Source: Eledone cirrhosa
Lineage: Eukaryota
NCBI GenBank assembly: GCA_964016885.1
Contig: OZ024740.1
Coordinates: 39,122,001-39,186,000, forward strand
Direction of reading: 5' to 3'
DNA length: 64,000 nt
The position numbers and the translations under genes are program-made. Positions within the stretch are counted from its first letter, which is position 1; every line of letters begins with the position of its first letter. Below, piece by piece: positions 30,201-46,300 of this stretch. A model generated the notes under the pieces. The model searched no databases and was not told where the DNA came from. It saw only the letters and a list, made by a program, of their open reading frames with translations.

Positions 30201-32870
30201 TAACAGTAGTATTGTATCTATATAGCAGTAGTATTTTACTATATAGTAGTATTCTAACTATATATAACAGTAGTATTGTAACTATATAACAGTAGTATTA
30301 TAACTATATAACAGTAGTATTGTGACTATATAGTGTAGTATTGTAACTATATAGTGTAGTATTATAACTATATGACAGTAGTATTGTAACTATATAACAG
30401 TAGTATTGTAAATATATAGTGTAGTATTGTAACTATATAGTGTAGTATTATAACTATATAACAGTAGTATTGTAACTATATAACAGTAGTATTGTAACTA
30501 TATAGTGTAGTATTGCAACTATATATTGTAGTATTGTAACTATACAACAGTAGTATTGTAACTATATAACAGTAGTAATGTAACTATATGACAGTAGTAT
30601 TGCAACTATATTGTGTAGTATTGTAACTATATAACACTAGTATTGTAACTATATAGTGTAGTATTGTAACTATATAACAGTAGTATTGTAACTATATAAC
30701 AGTAGTATTGTAAATATATAACAGTAGTATTGTAACTATATATAACAGTAGTATTCTAACTATATAACACTAGTATTGTAACCATATAGTGTAGTTTTGT
30801 AACTATATAATGTAGTATTTTAACTATATGACAGTAGTATTGTAACTATATAACAGTAGTGTTGTAACTATATAGTGTAGTATTGCAACTATATAACAGT
30901 TGTATTGTAACTATATATAACAGTAGTATTCTAACTTTATAACACTAGTATTGTAACTATATAACAGTAGTATTGTAACTATATAACAGTAGTATTGTAA
31001 CTATATAACAGTAGTATTGTAACTATATAACAGTAGTATTGTAACTATATAACAGTAGTATTGTAACTATATGACAGTAGTATTGTAACTATATAACAGT
31101 AGTATTGTAACTATATGACAGTAGTATTGTAACTATATAACAGTTGTATTGTAACTATATAACAGTAGTATTGTAACTATATAACAGTAGTATTGTAACT
31201 ATATGACAGTAGTATTGCAACTATATGACAGTAGTATTGCAACTATATAGTGTAGTATTGTAACTATACAGTGTATTATTGTAACTATATAACAGAAGCA
31301 TTGTAACTATATAGTGTAGTATTGTAACTATATAACAGTAGTATTGTAACTATATAACAGTAGTATTGTAACTATATAACAGTAGTATTGTAACTATATA
31401 GTGTACTATTGTATCTATATAACAGTAGTAATGTAACTATATATAACAGTAGTATTGTAACTATATAGTGTAGTATCGTAACTATATAACAGTAGTATTG
31501 TAACTATATATAAGAGTAGTATTGTAACTATATAGTGTAGTATTGTAACTATATAACAGTAGTATTGTACCTATATAGTGTAGTATTGTAACTATATAAC
31601 AGTAGTATCGTAACTACATAACAGTAGTATTGTAACTATATAACAGTAGTATTGTAACTATATAACAGTAGTATTGTAACTATATAACAGTAGTATTGTA
31701 ACTATATAACAGTAGTATTGTATCTATATGACAGTAGTATTGTAACTATATAACAGTAGTATTGTAACTATATAACAGTAGTATTGTAACTATATAAGAG
31801 TAGTTTTGTAACTATATTAAAGTAGTATTGTAACTATATATAACAGTAGTATTATAACTATATAGTGTAGTATTGTAACTATATACCAGTAGTATTGTAA
31901 CTATATAACAGTAGTATTGTAACTATATAACAGTAGTATTATACTTATATAACAGTAGTATTGTAACTATACAACAGTAGTAATGTAACTATATAACAGT
32001 AGTATTGTAGCTATATAGTGTAGTATTGTAACTATACAACAGTAGTATTGTAACTATATAATAGTAGTATTGTAACTATATAACAGTAGTATTGTAACTA
32101 TATAACAGTAGTATTGTATCTATTTAACAGTAGTATTGTAACTATATAACAGTAGTATTGTAACTATATAACAGTAGTATTGTAACTATATAACAGTAGT
32201 ATTGTAACTATATAACAGTAGTATTGTAACTATATAACAGTAGTATCGTAACTATATAACAGTAGTATTGTAACTATATATAACAGTAGTATTGTAACTA
32301 TATATAACAGTAGTATTGTAACTATATAACAGTAGTATTGTAACGATATAACAGTAGTATTGTAACTCTATAACAGTAGTATTGTAACTATATATAACAG
32401 TAGTATTGTAACTATATAACAGTAGTATTGTAAATATATAACAGTAGTATTGTAACTATATAACAGTAGTATTGTAACTATATAACAGTAGTATTGTAAC
32501 TATATATAACAGTAGTATTGTAACTATATAATTGTAGTATTGTAGCTATATAGTGTTGTATTGTAAGTATATGACAGTAGTATTGTACCTATATAGTGTA
32601 GTATTGTAACTATGTAACAGTAGTATTGTAACTACATAACAGTAGTATTGTAACTATATAACAGTAGTATTGTAACTATATATAACAGTAGTATTGTAAC
32701 TATATAGCAGTAGTATTGTAACTATATAGCAGTAGTATTTTACTATATAGTAGTATTGTAACTATATATAACAGTAGCATTGTAACTATATAGTGTTGTA
32801 TTGTAACTATATAGTGTAGTATTGTAACTATATAACAGTAGTATTGTAACTATATAACAGTAGTATTGTA
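27250..32870. repeat. Dispersed duplication of about 1.5 kb (about 27250-28750 vs 31370-32870, offset 4,122)
   Basis: GTACTATTGTATC 27281/31403, TATTGTACCT 27441/31563, ACTTAT 27821/31943, TAACTCTA 28241/32363, GTAAGTAT 28441/32563. Confidence 0.88.
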
Positions 32871-35800
32871 ACTATATATAACAGTAGCATTGTAACTATA
32901 TACTGTAGTATTGTAACTATATAGTGTAGTATTGTAACTATATAACAGTAGTATTGTATCTATATAGCAGTAGTATTTTACTATATAGTAATATTGTAAC
33001 TATATATAGCAGTAGTATTTTAACTATATAGTAGCAGTATTATAATTATATAACAGTAGTATTGTGACTATATAGTGTAGTATTGTAACTAGATATAACA
33101 GTAGTATTGTAACTATATAGTGTAGTATTGTAACTATATAGTGTAGTATTATAACTATATGACAGTAGTATTGTAACTATATAACAGTAGTATTGTAAAT
33201 ATATAGTGTAGTATTGTAACTATATAGTGTAGTATTATAACTATATAACAGTAGTATTGTAACTATATAACAGTAGTATTGTAACTATATAGTGTAGTAT
33301 TGCAACTATATATTGTAGTATTGTAACTATATAACAGTAGTATTGTAACTATATAACAGTAGTAATGTAACTATATGACAGGAGTATTGCAACTATATTG
33401 TGTAGTATTGTAACTATATAACACTAGTATTGTATCTATATAGTGTAGTATTGTAACTATATAACAGTAGTATTGTAACTATATAACAGTAGTATTGTAA
33501 CTATATAACAGTAGTATTGTAACTATATATAACAGTAGTATTCTAACTATATAACACTAGTATTGTAACCATATAGTGTAGTATTGTAACTATATAGTGT
33601 AGTATTTTAACTATATGACAGTAGTATTGTAACTATATAACAGTAGTGTTGTAACTATATAGTGTAGTATTGCAACTATATAACAGTTGTATTGTAACTA
33701 TATATAACAGTAGTATTCTAACTATATAACACTAGTATTGTAACTATATAACAGTAGTATTGTAACTATATGACAGTAGTATTGTAACTATATAACAGTA
33801 GTATTGTAACTATATAACAGTAGTATTGTAACTATATAGTGTAGTATTGTAACTATATAACAGTAGTATTGCAACTATATGACAGTAGTATTGCAACTAT
33901 ATAGTGTAGTATTGTAACTATACAGTGTATTATTGTAACTATATAACAGAAGCATTGTAACTATATAGTGTAGTATTGTAACTATATAACAGTAGTATTG
34001 TAACTATATAACAGTAGTATTGTAACTATATAACAGTAGTATTGTAACTATATAACAGTAGTATTGTAACTATATAACAGTAGTATTGTAACTATATATA
34101 ACAGTAGCATTGTAACTATATAACAGTAGTATCGTAACTATATGTAACAGTAGTATTGTAACTATATAACACAACTATTGTAACTATATAGTGTAGTATT
34201 GTAACTATATAACAGTAGTATTGTAACTATATAACAGTAGTATTGTAATTATATAACAGTATTATTGTAACTATACAACAGTAGTATTGTAACTATATAA
34301 CAGTAGTATTGTAACTATACAACAGTAGTATTGTAACTATATAATAGTAGTATTGTAACTATATAACAGTAGTATTGTAACTATAGAACAGTAGTATTGT
34401 ATCTATTTAACAGTAGTATTGTAACTATATAACAGTAGTAGTGTAACTATATAACAGTAGTATTGTAACTATATAACAGTAGTATTGTAAATATATAACA
34501 GCAGTATTGTAACTATATAACAGTAGTATTGTAACTATATAACAGTAGTATTGTAAATATATGACAGTAGTATTGTAACTATATATAACAGTAGTATTGT
34601 AACTATATAACAGTAGTATTATAACTATATAACAGTAGTATTGTGACTATATAGTGTAGTATTGTAACTATATAGGGTAGTATTATAACTATATGACAGT
34701 AGTATTGTAACTATATAACAGTAGTATTGTAAATATATAGTGTAGTATTGTAACTATATAGTGTAGTATTGTAACTATATGACAGTAGTATTGTAACTAT
34801 ATAACAGTAGTATTGTAACTACATAACAGTAGTATTGTAACTATATAACAGTAGTATTGTAACTATATATAACAGTAGTATTGTAACTATATAGCAGTAG
34901 TATTGTAACTAAATAGGGTAGTATTATAACTATATGACAGTAGTATTGTAACTATATAACAGTAGTATTGTAAATATATAGTGTAGTATTGTAACTATAT
35001 AGTGTAGTATTGTAACTATATGACAGTAGTATTGTAACTATATAACAGTAGTATTGTAACTACATAACAGTAGTATTGTAACTATATAACAGTAGTATTG
35101 TAACTATATATAACAGTAGTATTGTAACTATATAGCAGTAGTATTGTAACTATATAGCAGTAGTATTTTACTATATAGTAGTATTGTAACTATATAGTGT
35201 TGTATTGTAACTATATAGTGTAGTATTGTAACTATATAACAGTAGTATTGTAACTATATAACAGTAGTATTGTAACTATATATAACAGTAGCATTGTAAC
35301 TATATAGTGTAGTACTGTAACTATATAGTGTAGTATTGTATCTATATAACAGTAGTATTGTATCTATATAGCAGTAGTATTTTACTATATAGTAGTATTC
35401 TAACTATATATAACAGTAGTATTGTAACTATATAACAGTAGTATTATAACTATATAACAGTAGTATTAGGACTATATAGTGTAGTATTGTAACTATATAG
35501 TGTAGTATTATAACTATATGACAGTAGTATTGTAACTATATAACAGTAGTATTGTAAATATATAGTGTAGTATTGTAACTATATAGTGTAGTATTATAAC
35601 TATATAACAGTAGTATTGTAACTATAAAACAGTAGTATTGTAACTATATAGTGTAGTATTGCAACTATATATTGTAGTATTGTAACTATACAACAGTAGT
35701 ATTGTAACTATATAACAGTAGTAATGTAACTATATGACAGTAGTATTGCAACTATATTGTGTAGTATTGTAACTATATAACACTAGTATTGTAACTATAT

Positions 35801-36190
35801 AGTGTAGTATTGTAACTATATAACAGTAGTATTGTAACTATATAACAGTAGTATTGTAACTATATAACAGTAGTATTGTAACTATATATAACAGTAGTAT
35901 TCTAACTATATAACACTAGTATTGTAACCATATAGTGTAGTATTGTAACTATATAATGTAGTATTTTAACTATATGACAGTAGTATTGTAACTATATAAC
36001 AGTAGTGTTGTAACTATATAGTGTAGTATTGCAACTATATAACAGTTGTATTGTAACTATATATAACAGTAGTATTCTAACTTTATAACACTAGTATTGT
36101 AACTATATAACAGTAGTATTGTAACTATATAACAGTAGTATTGTAACTATATAACAGTAGTATTGTAACTATATAACAGTAGTATTGTAA
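28900..36190. repeat. Dispersed duplication of about 2.1 kb (about 28900-31050 vs 34020-36190, offset 5,124, then 5,146)
   Basis: TATAACACAAC 29041/34165, TATAGGG 29525/34671, AGTACT 30165/35311, ACCATAT 30781/35927, CTAACTTT 30931/36077. Confidence 0.88.
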
Positions 36191-37382
36191 CTATATAGTG
36201 TAGTATTGTAACTATATGACAGTAGTATTGCAACTATATGACAGTAGTATTGCAACTATATAGTGTAGTATTGTAACTATACAGTGTATTATTGTAACTA
36301 TATAACAGAAGCATTGTAACTATATAGTGTAGTATTGTAACTATATAACAGTAGTATTGTAACTATATAACAGTAGTATTGTAACTATATAACAGTCGTA
36401 TTGTAACTATATAACAGTAGTATTGTAACTATATAACAGTAGTATTGTAATTATATAACAGTAGTAATGTAACTATATAGTGTAGTATTGTAACTATATA
36501 GTGTAGTATTGTAACTATATAACAGTAGTATTGTGACTATATAACAGTAGTATTGTAACTATATAACAGTAGTATTGTAACTATATAACAGTAGTATTGT
36601 AACTATATATAACAGTAGCATTGTAACTATATAACAGTAGTATCGTAACTATATGTAACAGTAGTATTGTAACTATATAACATTACTATTGTAACTATAT
36701 AGTGTAGTATTGTAACAATATAACAGTAGTATTGTAACTATATAACAGTAGTATTGTAATTATATAACAGTATTATTGTAACTATACAACAGTAGTATTG
36801 TAACTATATAACAGTAGTATTGTAACTATACAACAGTAGTATTGTAACTATATAATAGTAGTATTGTAACGATATAACAGTAGTATTGTAACTATATAAC
36901 AGTAGTATTGTATCTATTTAACAGTAGTAACGTAACTATATAACAGTAGTATTGTAACTATATAACAGTAGTATTGTAACTATATAACAGTAGTATTGTA
37001 AATATATAACAGCAGTATTGTAACTATATAACAGTAGTATTGTAAATATATAACAGTAGTATTGTAAATATATGACAGTAGTATTGTAACTATATATAAC
37101 AGTAGTATTGTAACTATATAACAGTAGTATTATAACTATATAACAGTAGTATTGTGACTATATAGTGTGGTATTGTAACTAGATATAACAGTAGTATTGT
37201 AACTATATAGTGTAGTATTGTAACTATATAGTGTAGTATTATAACTATATGACAGTAGTATTGTAACTATATAACAGTATTATTGTAACTATATAGTGTA
37301 GTATTGTAACTATATAGTGTAATATTATAACTATATGACAGTAGTATTGTAACTATACAGTGTAGTATTGTAACTATATAAT

Positions 37383-40300
37383 AGTAGTATTGTAACTATA
37401 TAACGGTAGTATTGTAACTATATAGTGTAGTATTGCAACAATATATTGTAGTATTGTAACTATATAACAATAGTATTGTAACTATATAGTGTAGTATTGT
37501 AACTATATAACAGTAGTATTGCAACTATATGACAGTAGTATTGCAACTATATTGTGTAGTATTGTAACTATACAGTGTAGTATTGTAACTATATAACAGT
37601 AGTATTGTAACTATATAACAGTAGTATTGTAACTATATAACAGTAGTATCGTAACTATATAGTGTAGTATTGTAACTATATAACAGTAGTATTGTAACTA
37701 TATATAACACTAGTATTGTAACTATATAGTGTAGTATTGTAACTATATAACAGTAGTATTGCAACTATATGACAGTAGTATTGCAACTATATTGTGTAGT
37801 ATCGTAACTATACAGTGTAGTATTGTAACTATATAACAGTAGTATTGTAACTATATAACAGTAGTATTGTAACTATATAACAGTAGTATTGTAACTATAT
37901 AACAGTAGTATCGTAACTATATAGTGTAGTATTGTAACTATATAACAGTAGTATTGTAACTATATATAACAGTATTATTGTAACTATATAGTGTAGTATT
38001 GTAACTATATAACAGTAGTATTGCAACTATATGACAGTAGTATTGCAACTATATTGTGTAGTATTGTAACTATACAGTGTAGTATTGTAACTATATAACA
38101 GTAGTATCATAACTGAATGACAGTAGTATTGTAACTATATAACAGTAGTAATGTAACTATATAACAGTAGTATTGTAACTATATAACAGTAGTATTGTAA
38201 CTATATAACAGTAGTATCGTAACTATATATAACAGTAGTATTGTAACTATATATAACTGTAGTATTGTAACTATATAACAGTAGTATTGTAACTATATAG
38301 CAGTAGTATTTTACTATATAGTAGTATTGTAACTATATATAACAGTAGTATTGTAACTATATAGCAGTAGTATTTTACTATATAGTAGTATTGTAACTAT
38401 ATATAGCAGTAGTATTTTAACTATATAGTACTATTCTAACTATATATAACAGTAGTATTGTAACTATATAGTGTAGTATTGTAACTATATAGTGTAGTAT
38501 TATAACTATATATAACAGTAGTATTCTAACTATTTAACAGTAGTATTGTAACTATATAGTGTAGTATTGCAACTATATAGTGTAGTATTGTAACTATATA
38601 ACAGTAGTATTGTAACTATATAACAGTAGTAATGTAACTATATGACAGTAGTATTGCAACTATATTGTGTAGTATTGTAACTATATATAGCAGTAGTATT
38701 TTAACTATATATTAGTATTCTAACTATATATAACAGTAGTATTGTAACTATATAATAGTAGTATTGTAACTATATAACAGTAGTATTGTAGCTATATAAC
38801 AGTAGTATTGTAACTATATATAACAGTAGTATTCTAACTATATAACACTAGTTTTGTAACTATATAGTGTAGTATTGTAACTATATAGTGTAGTATTTTA
38901 ACTATATGACAGTAGTATTGCAACAATATATTGTAGTATTGTAACTATATAACAGTAGTATTGTAAATATATAACAGTAGTATTGTAACTATATAGTGTA
39001 GTATTGCAACTATATAACAGTAGTATTGTAACTATATAACAGTAGTATTGTAACTATATAACAGTAGTATTGTAACTATATAACAGTAGTATTGTAACTA
39101 TATAGTGAAGTATTGTAACTATATAACAGTAGTATTGTAACTATATATAACAGTAGTATTGTAACTATATAACAGTAGTATTGTAACTATATAACAGCAG
39201 TATTGTAACTATATAACAGTAGTATTGTAACTGTATGACAGTAGTATTGTAACTATATAACAGTAGTATTGTAACTATATAACAGTAGTATGGTAACAAT
39301 ATAACAGTAGTATTGTAACTATATAACAGTAGTATTGTAACTATATATAACAGTAGTATTGTAACTATATATAACAGTAGTATTGTAACTATATAACAGT
39401 AGTATGGTAACAATATAACAGTAGTATTGTAACTATATAACAGTAGTATTGTAACTATATATAACAGTAGTATTGTAACTATATAACAGTAGTATTGTAA
39501 CTATATATAACAGTAGTATTGTAACTATATAGTGAAGTATTGTAACTATATAACAGTAGTATTGTAACTATATATAACAGTAGTATTGTAACTATATAAC
39601 AGTAGTATTGTAACTAAATAACAGTAGTAATGTAACTATATAACAGTAGTATTGTAACTATATAACGGTAGTAATGTAACTATATAGTGTAGTATTGCAA
39701 CTATATAGTGTAGTATTGTAACTATATAACAGTAGTATTGTAACTATATAACAGTAGTAATGTAACTATATGACAGTAGTATTGCAACTATATTGTGTAG
39801 TATTGTAACTATATATAGCAGTAGTATTTTAACTATATTGTGGTATTCTAACTATATATAACAGTAGTATTGTAACTATATAACAGTAGTATTGTAACTA
39901 TATAACAGTAGTATTGTAGCTATATAACAGTAGTATTGTAACTATATATAACAGTAGTATTCTAACTATATAACACTAGTATTGTAACTATATAGTGTAG
40001 TATTGTAACTATATAGTGTAGTATTTTAACTATATGACAGTAGTATTGTAACTATATAACAGTAGTAATGTAACTATATAACATTAGTAATGTAACTATA
40101 TAACAGTAGTATTGTAACTATATAGTGTAGTATTGCAACAATATATTGTAGTATTGTAACTATATAACAGTAGTATTGTAACTATATAACAGTAGTATTG
40201 TAACTATATAGTGTAGTATTGTAACTATATAACAGTAGTATTGTAACTATATAACGGTAGTATTGTAACTATATAACAGTAGTATTGTAACTATATAACA

Positions 40301-43300
40301 GTAGTATTGTAACTATATAACAGTAGTATTGTAACTATATAACAGTAGTATTGTAACTATATAGTGTAGTATTGTAGCTATATAACAGTAGAATTGTAAC
40401 TATATATAACAGTAGTATTGTAGCTATATAACAGTAGTATTGTAACTATATAACAGCAGTATTGTAACTATATAACAGTAGTATTGTAACTGTATGACAG
40501 TAGTATTGTAACTATATAACAGTAGTATTGTAACTATATAACAGTAGTATGGTAACTATATAACAGTAGTATTGTAACTATATAACAGTAGTATTGTAAC
40601 TATATATAACAGTAGTATTGTAACTATATATAACAGTAGTATTGTAACTATATAACAGTAGTATTATAACTATATAACAGTAGTATTGTAACTATATAAC
40701 AGTAGTATTGTAAATATATAACAGTAGTATTGTAACTATATAACAGTAGTATTGTAACTATATAACAGTAGTATTGTAACTATATATAACAGTAGTATTG
40801 TAACTATATAACAGTAGTATTGTAACTATATAACAGTAGTAATGTAACTATATGACAGTCGTATTGCAACTATATTGTGTAGTATTGTAACTCATATATA
40901 GCAGTAGTATTTTAACTATATAGTAGCATTCTAACTATATATAACAGTAGTATTGTAACTATATAACAGTAGTATTATAACTATATAACAGTAGTATTGT
41001 AACTATATAGTGTAGTATTGTAACTAGATATAACAGTAGTATTGTAACTATATAGTGTAGTATTGTAACTATATAGTGTAGTATTATAACTATATGACAG
41101 TAGTATTGTAACTATATAACAGTAGTATTGTAACTATATAGTGTAGTATTGCAACTATATAGTGTAGTATTGTAACTATATAACAGTAGTATTGTAACTA
41201 TATAACAGTAGTAATGTAACTATATGACAGTAGTATTGCAACTATATTGTATAGTATTGTAACTATATAACACCAGTATTGTAACTATATAGTGTAGTAT
41301 TGTAACTATATAACGGTAGTATTGTAACTATATAACAGTAGTATTGTAACTATATAACAGTAGTATTGTAACTATATATAACAGTAGTATTCTAACTATA
41401 TAACACTAGTATTGTAACTATATAGTGCAGTATTGTAACTATATAGTGTAGTATTTTAACTATATGACAGTAGTATTGTAACTATATAACAGTAGTGTTG
41501 TAACTATATAGTGTAGTATTGCAACTATATAACAGTTGTATTGTAACTATATATAACAGTAGTATTCTAACTATATAACACTAGTATTGTAACTATATAA
41601 CGGTAGTATTGTAACTATATAACAGTAGTATTGTAACTATATAGTGTAGTATTGCAACAATATATTGTAGTATTGTAACTATATAACAGTAGTATTGTAA
41701 CTATATAGTGTAGTATTGTAACTATATAACAGTAGTATTGCAACTATATGACAGTAGTATTGCAACTATATAGTGTAGTATTGCAACAATATATTGTAGT
41801 ATTGTAACTATATAACAGTAGTATTGCAACTATATGACAGTAGTATTGCAACTATATAGTGTAGTATTGTAACTATACAGTGTATTATTGTAACTATATA
41901 ACAAAAGCATTGTAACTATATAGTGTAGTATTGTAACTATATAACAGTAGTATTGTAACTATATAACAGTAGTATTGTAACTATATAACAGTAGTATTGT
42001 AACTATATATAACAGTAGCATTGTAACTATATAACAGTAGTATTGTAACTATATGTAACAGTAGTATTGTAACTATATAACATTACTATTGTAACTATAT
42101 AGTGTAGTATTGTAACTATATAACAGTAGTATTGTAACTATATAACAGTAGTATTGTAATTATATAACAGTATTATTGTAACTATACAACAGTAGTATTG
42201 TAACTATATAACAGTAGTATTGTAACTATACAACAGTAGTATTGTAACTATATAATAGTAGTATTGTAACTATATAACAGTAGTATTGTAACTATATAAC
42301 AGTAGTATTGTATCTATTTAACAGTAGTATTGTAACTATATAACAGTAGTATTGTAACTATATAACAGTAGTATTGTAACTATATAACAGTAGTATTGTA
42401 AATATATAAAAGCAGTATTGTAACTATATAACAGTAGTATTGTAACTATATAACAGTAGTATTGTAAATATATGACAGTAGTATTGTAACTATATATAAC
42501 AGTAGTATTGTAACTATATAACAGTAGTATTATAACTATATAACAGTAGTATTGTGACTATATAGTTTAGTATTGTAACTAGATATGACAGTAGTATTGT
42601 AATTATATAGTGTAGTATTATAACTATATGACAGTAGTATTGTAACTATATAACAGTAGTATCGTAAATATATAGTGTAGTATTGTAACTATATAGTGTA
42701 GTATTATAACTATATGACAGTAGTATTGTAACTATATAACAGTAGTATTGTAACTATATAGTGTAGTATTGCAACTATATAGTGTAGTATTGTAACTATA
42801 TAACAGTAGTATTGTAACTATATAACAGTAGTAATGTAACTATATGACAGAAGTATTGCAACTATATTGTGTAGTATTGTAACTATACAGTGTATTTTTG
42901 TATCTATATAACAGTAGTATTGTAACTATATAACAGTAGTATTGTAACTATATAACAGTAGTATTGTAACTATATAGTGTAGTATTGTAACTATATAGTG
43001 TAGTATTTTAACTATATGACAGTAGTATTGTAAATATATAACAGTAGTGTTGTAACTATATAGTGTAGTATTGCAACAATATATTGTAGTATTGTAACTA
43101 TATAACAGTAGTATTGTAACTATATAATGTAGTATTGTAACTATATAACAGTAGTATTGCAAATATATGACAGTAGTATTGCAACTATATTGTGTAGTAT
43201 TGTAACTATACAGTGTATTATTGTAACTATATAACAGTAGTATTGTAACTATATAACAGTAGTATTGTAACTATATAACAGTAGTATTGTAACTATATAA

Positions 43301-46300
43301 CAGTAGTATTGTAACTATATAACAGTAGTATTGTAACTATATAACGGTAGTATTGTAACTATATAGTGTAGTATTGCAACAATATATTGTAGTATTGTAA
43401 CTATATAACAGTAGTATTGTAACTATATAGTGTAGTATTGTAACTATATAACAGTAGTATTGCAACTATATGACAGTAGTATTGCAACTATATTGTGTAG
43501 TATTGTAACTATACAGTGTAGTATTGTAACTATATAACAGTAGTATTGTAACTATATAACAGTAGTATTGTAACTATATAACAGTAGTATCGTAACTATA
43601 TAGTGTAGTATTGTAACTATATAACAGTAGTATTGTAACTATATATAACACTAGTATTGTAACTATATAGTGTAGTATTGTAACTATATAATAGTAGTAT
43701 TGCAACTATATGACAGTAGTATTGCAACTATATTGTGTAGTATCGTAACTATACAGTGTAGTATTGTAACTATATAACAGTAGTATTGTAACTATATAAC
43801 AGTAGTATTGTAACTATATAACAGTAGTATTGTAACTATATAACAGTAGTATCGTAACTATATAGTGTAGTATTGTAACTATATAACAGTAGTATTGTAA
43901 CTATATATAACAGTATTATTGTAACTATATAGTGTAGTATTGTAACTATATAACAGTAGTATTGCAACTATATGACAGTAGTATTGCAACTATATTGTGT
44001 AGTATTGTAACTATACAGTGTAGTATTGTAACTATATAACAGTAGTATCATAACTGAATGACAGTAGTATTGTAACTATATAACAGTAGTAATGTAACTA
44101 TATAACAGTAGTATTGTAACTATATAACAGTAGTATTGTAACTATATAACAGTAGTATCGTAACTATATATAACAGTAGTATTGTAACTATATATAACTG
44201 TAGTATTGTAACTATATAACAGTAGTATTGTAACTATATAGCAGTAGTATTTTACTATATAGTAGTATTGTAACTATATATAACAGTAGTATTGTAACTA
44301 TATAGCAGTAGTATTTTACTATATAGTAGTATTGTAACTATATATAGCAGTAGTATTTTAACTATATAGTACTATTCTAACTATATATAACAGTAGTATT
44401 GTAACTATATAGTGTAGTATTGTAACTATATAGTGTAGTATTATAACTATATATAACAGTAGTATTCTAAATATTTAACAGTAGTATTGTAACTATATAG
44501 TGTAGTATTGCAACTATATAGTGTAGTATTGTAACTATATAACAGTAGTATTGTAACTATATAACAGTAGTAATGTAACTATATGACAGTAGTATTGCAA
44601 CTATATTGTGTAGTATTGTAACTATATATAGCAGTAGTATTTTAACTATATATTAGTATTCTAACTATATATAACAGTAGTATTGTAACTATATAATAGT
44701 AGTATTGTAACTATATAACAGTAGTATTGTAGCTATATAACAGTAGTATTGTAACTATATATAACAGTAGTATTCTAACTATATAACACTAGTTTTGTAA
44801 CTATATAGTGTAGTATTGTAACTATATAGTGTAGTATTTTAACTATATGACAGTAGTATTGCAACAATATATTGTAGTATTGTAACTATATAACAGTAGT
44901 ATTGTAAATATATAACAGTAGTATTGTAACTATATAGTGTAGTATTGTAACTATATAACAGTAGTATTGTAACTATATAACAGTAGTATTGTAACTATAT
45001 AACAGTAGTATTGTAACTATATAACAGTAGTATTGTAACTATATAGTGAAGTATTGTAACTATATAACAGTAGTATTGTAACTATATATAACAGTAGTAT
45101 TGTAACTATATAACAGTAGTATTGTAACTATATAACAGCAGTATTGTAACTATATAACAGTAGTATTGTAACTGTATGACAGTAGTATTGTAACTATATA
45201 ACAGTAGTATTGTAACTATATAACAGTAGTATGGTAACAATATAACAGTAGTATTGTAACTATATAACAGTAGTATTGTAACTATATATAACAGTAGTAT
45301 TGTAACTATATATAACAGTAGTATTGTAACTATATAACAGTAGTATGGTAACAATATAACAGTAGTATTGTAACTATATAACAGTAGTATTGTAACTATA
45401 TATAACAGTAGTATTGTAACTATATAACAGTAGTATTGTAACTATATATAACAGTAGTATTGTAACTATATAGTGAAGTATTGTAACTATATAACAGTAG
45501 TATTGTAACTATATATAACAGTAGTATTGTAACTATATAACAGTAGTATTGTAACTAAATAACAGTAGTAATGTAACTATATAACAGTAGTATTGTAACT
45601 ATATAACGGTAGTAATGTAACTATATAGTGTAGTATTGCAACTATATAGTGTAGTATTGTAACTATATAACAGTAGTATTGTAACTATATAACAGTAGTA
45701 ATGTAACTATATGACAGTAGTATTGCAACTATATTGTGTAGTATTGTAACTATATATAGCAGTAGTATTTTAACTATATTGTGGTATTCTAACTATATAT
45801 AACAGTAGTATTGTAACTATATAACAGTAGTATTGTAACTATATAACAGTAGTATTGTAGCTATATAACAGTAGTATTGTAACTATATATAACAGTAGTA
45901 TTCTAACTATATAACACTAGTATTGTAACTATATAGTGTAGTATTGTAACTATATAGTGTAGTATTTTAACTATATGACAGTAGTATTGTAACTATATAA
46001 CAGTAGTAATGTAACTATATAACATTAGTAATGTAACTATATAACAGTAGTATTGTAACTATATAGTGTAGTATTGCAACAATATATTGTAGTATTGTAA
46101 CTATATAACAGTAGTATTGTAACTATATAACAGTAGTATTGTAACTATATAGTGTAGTATTGTAACTATATAACAGTAGTATTGTAACTATATAACGGTA
46201 GTATTGTAACTATATAACAGTAGTATTGTAACTATATAACAGTAGTATTGTAACTATATAACAGTAGTATTGTAACTATATAACAGTAGTATTGTAACTA

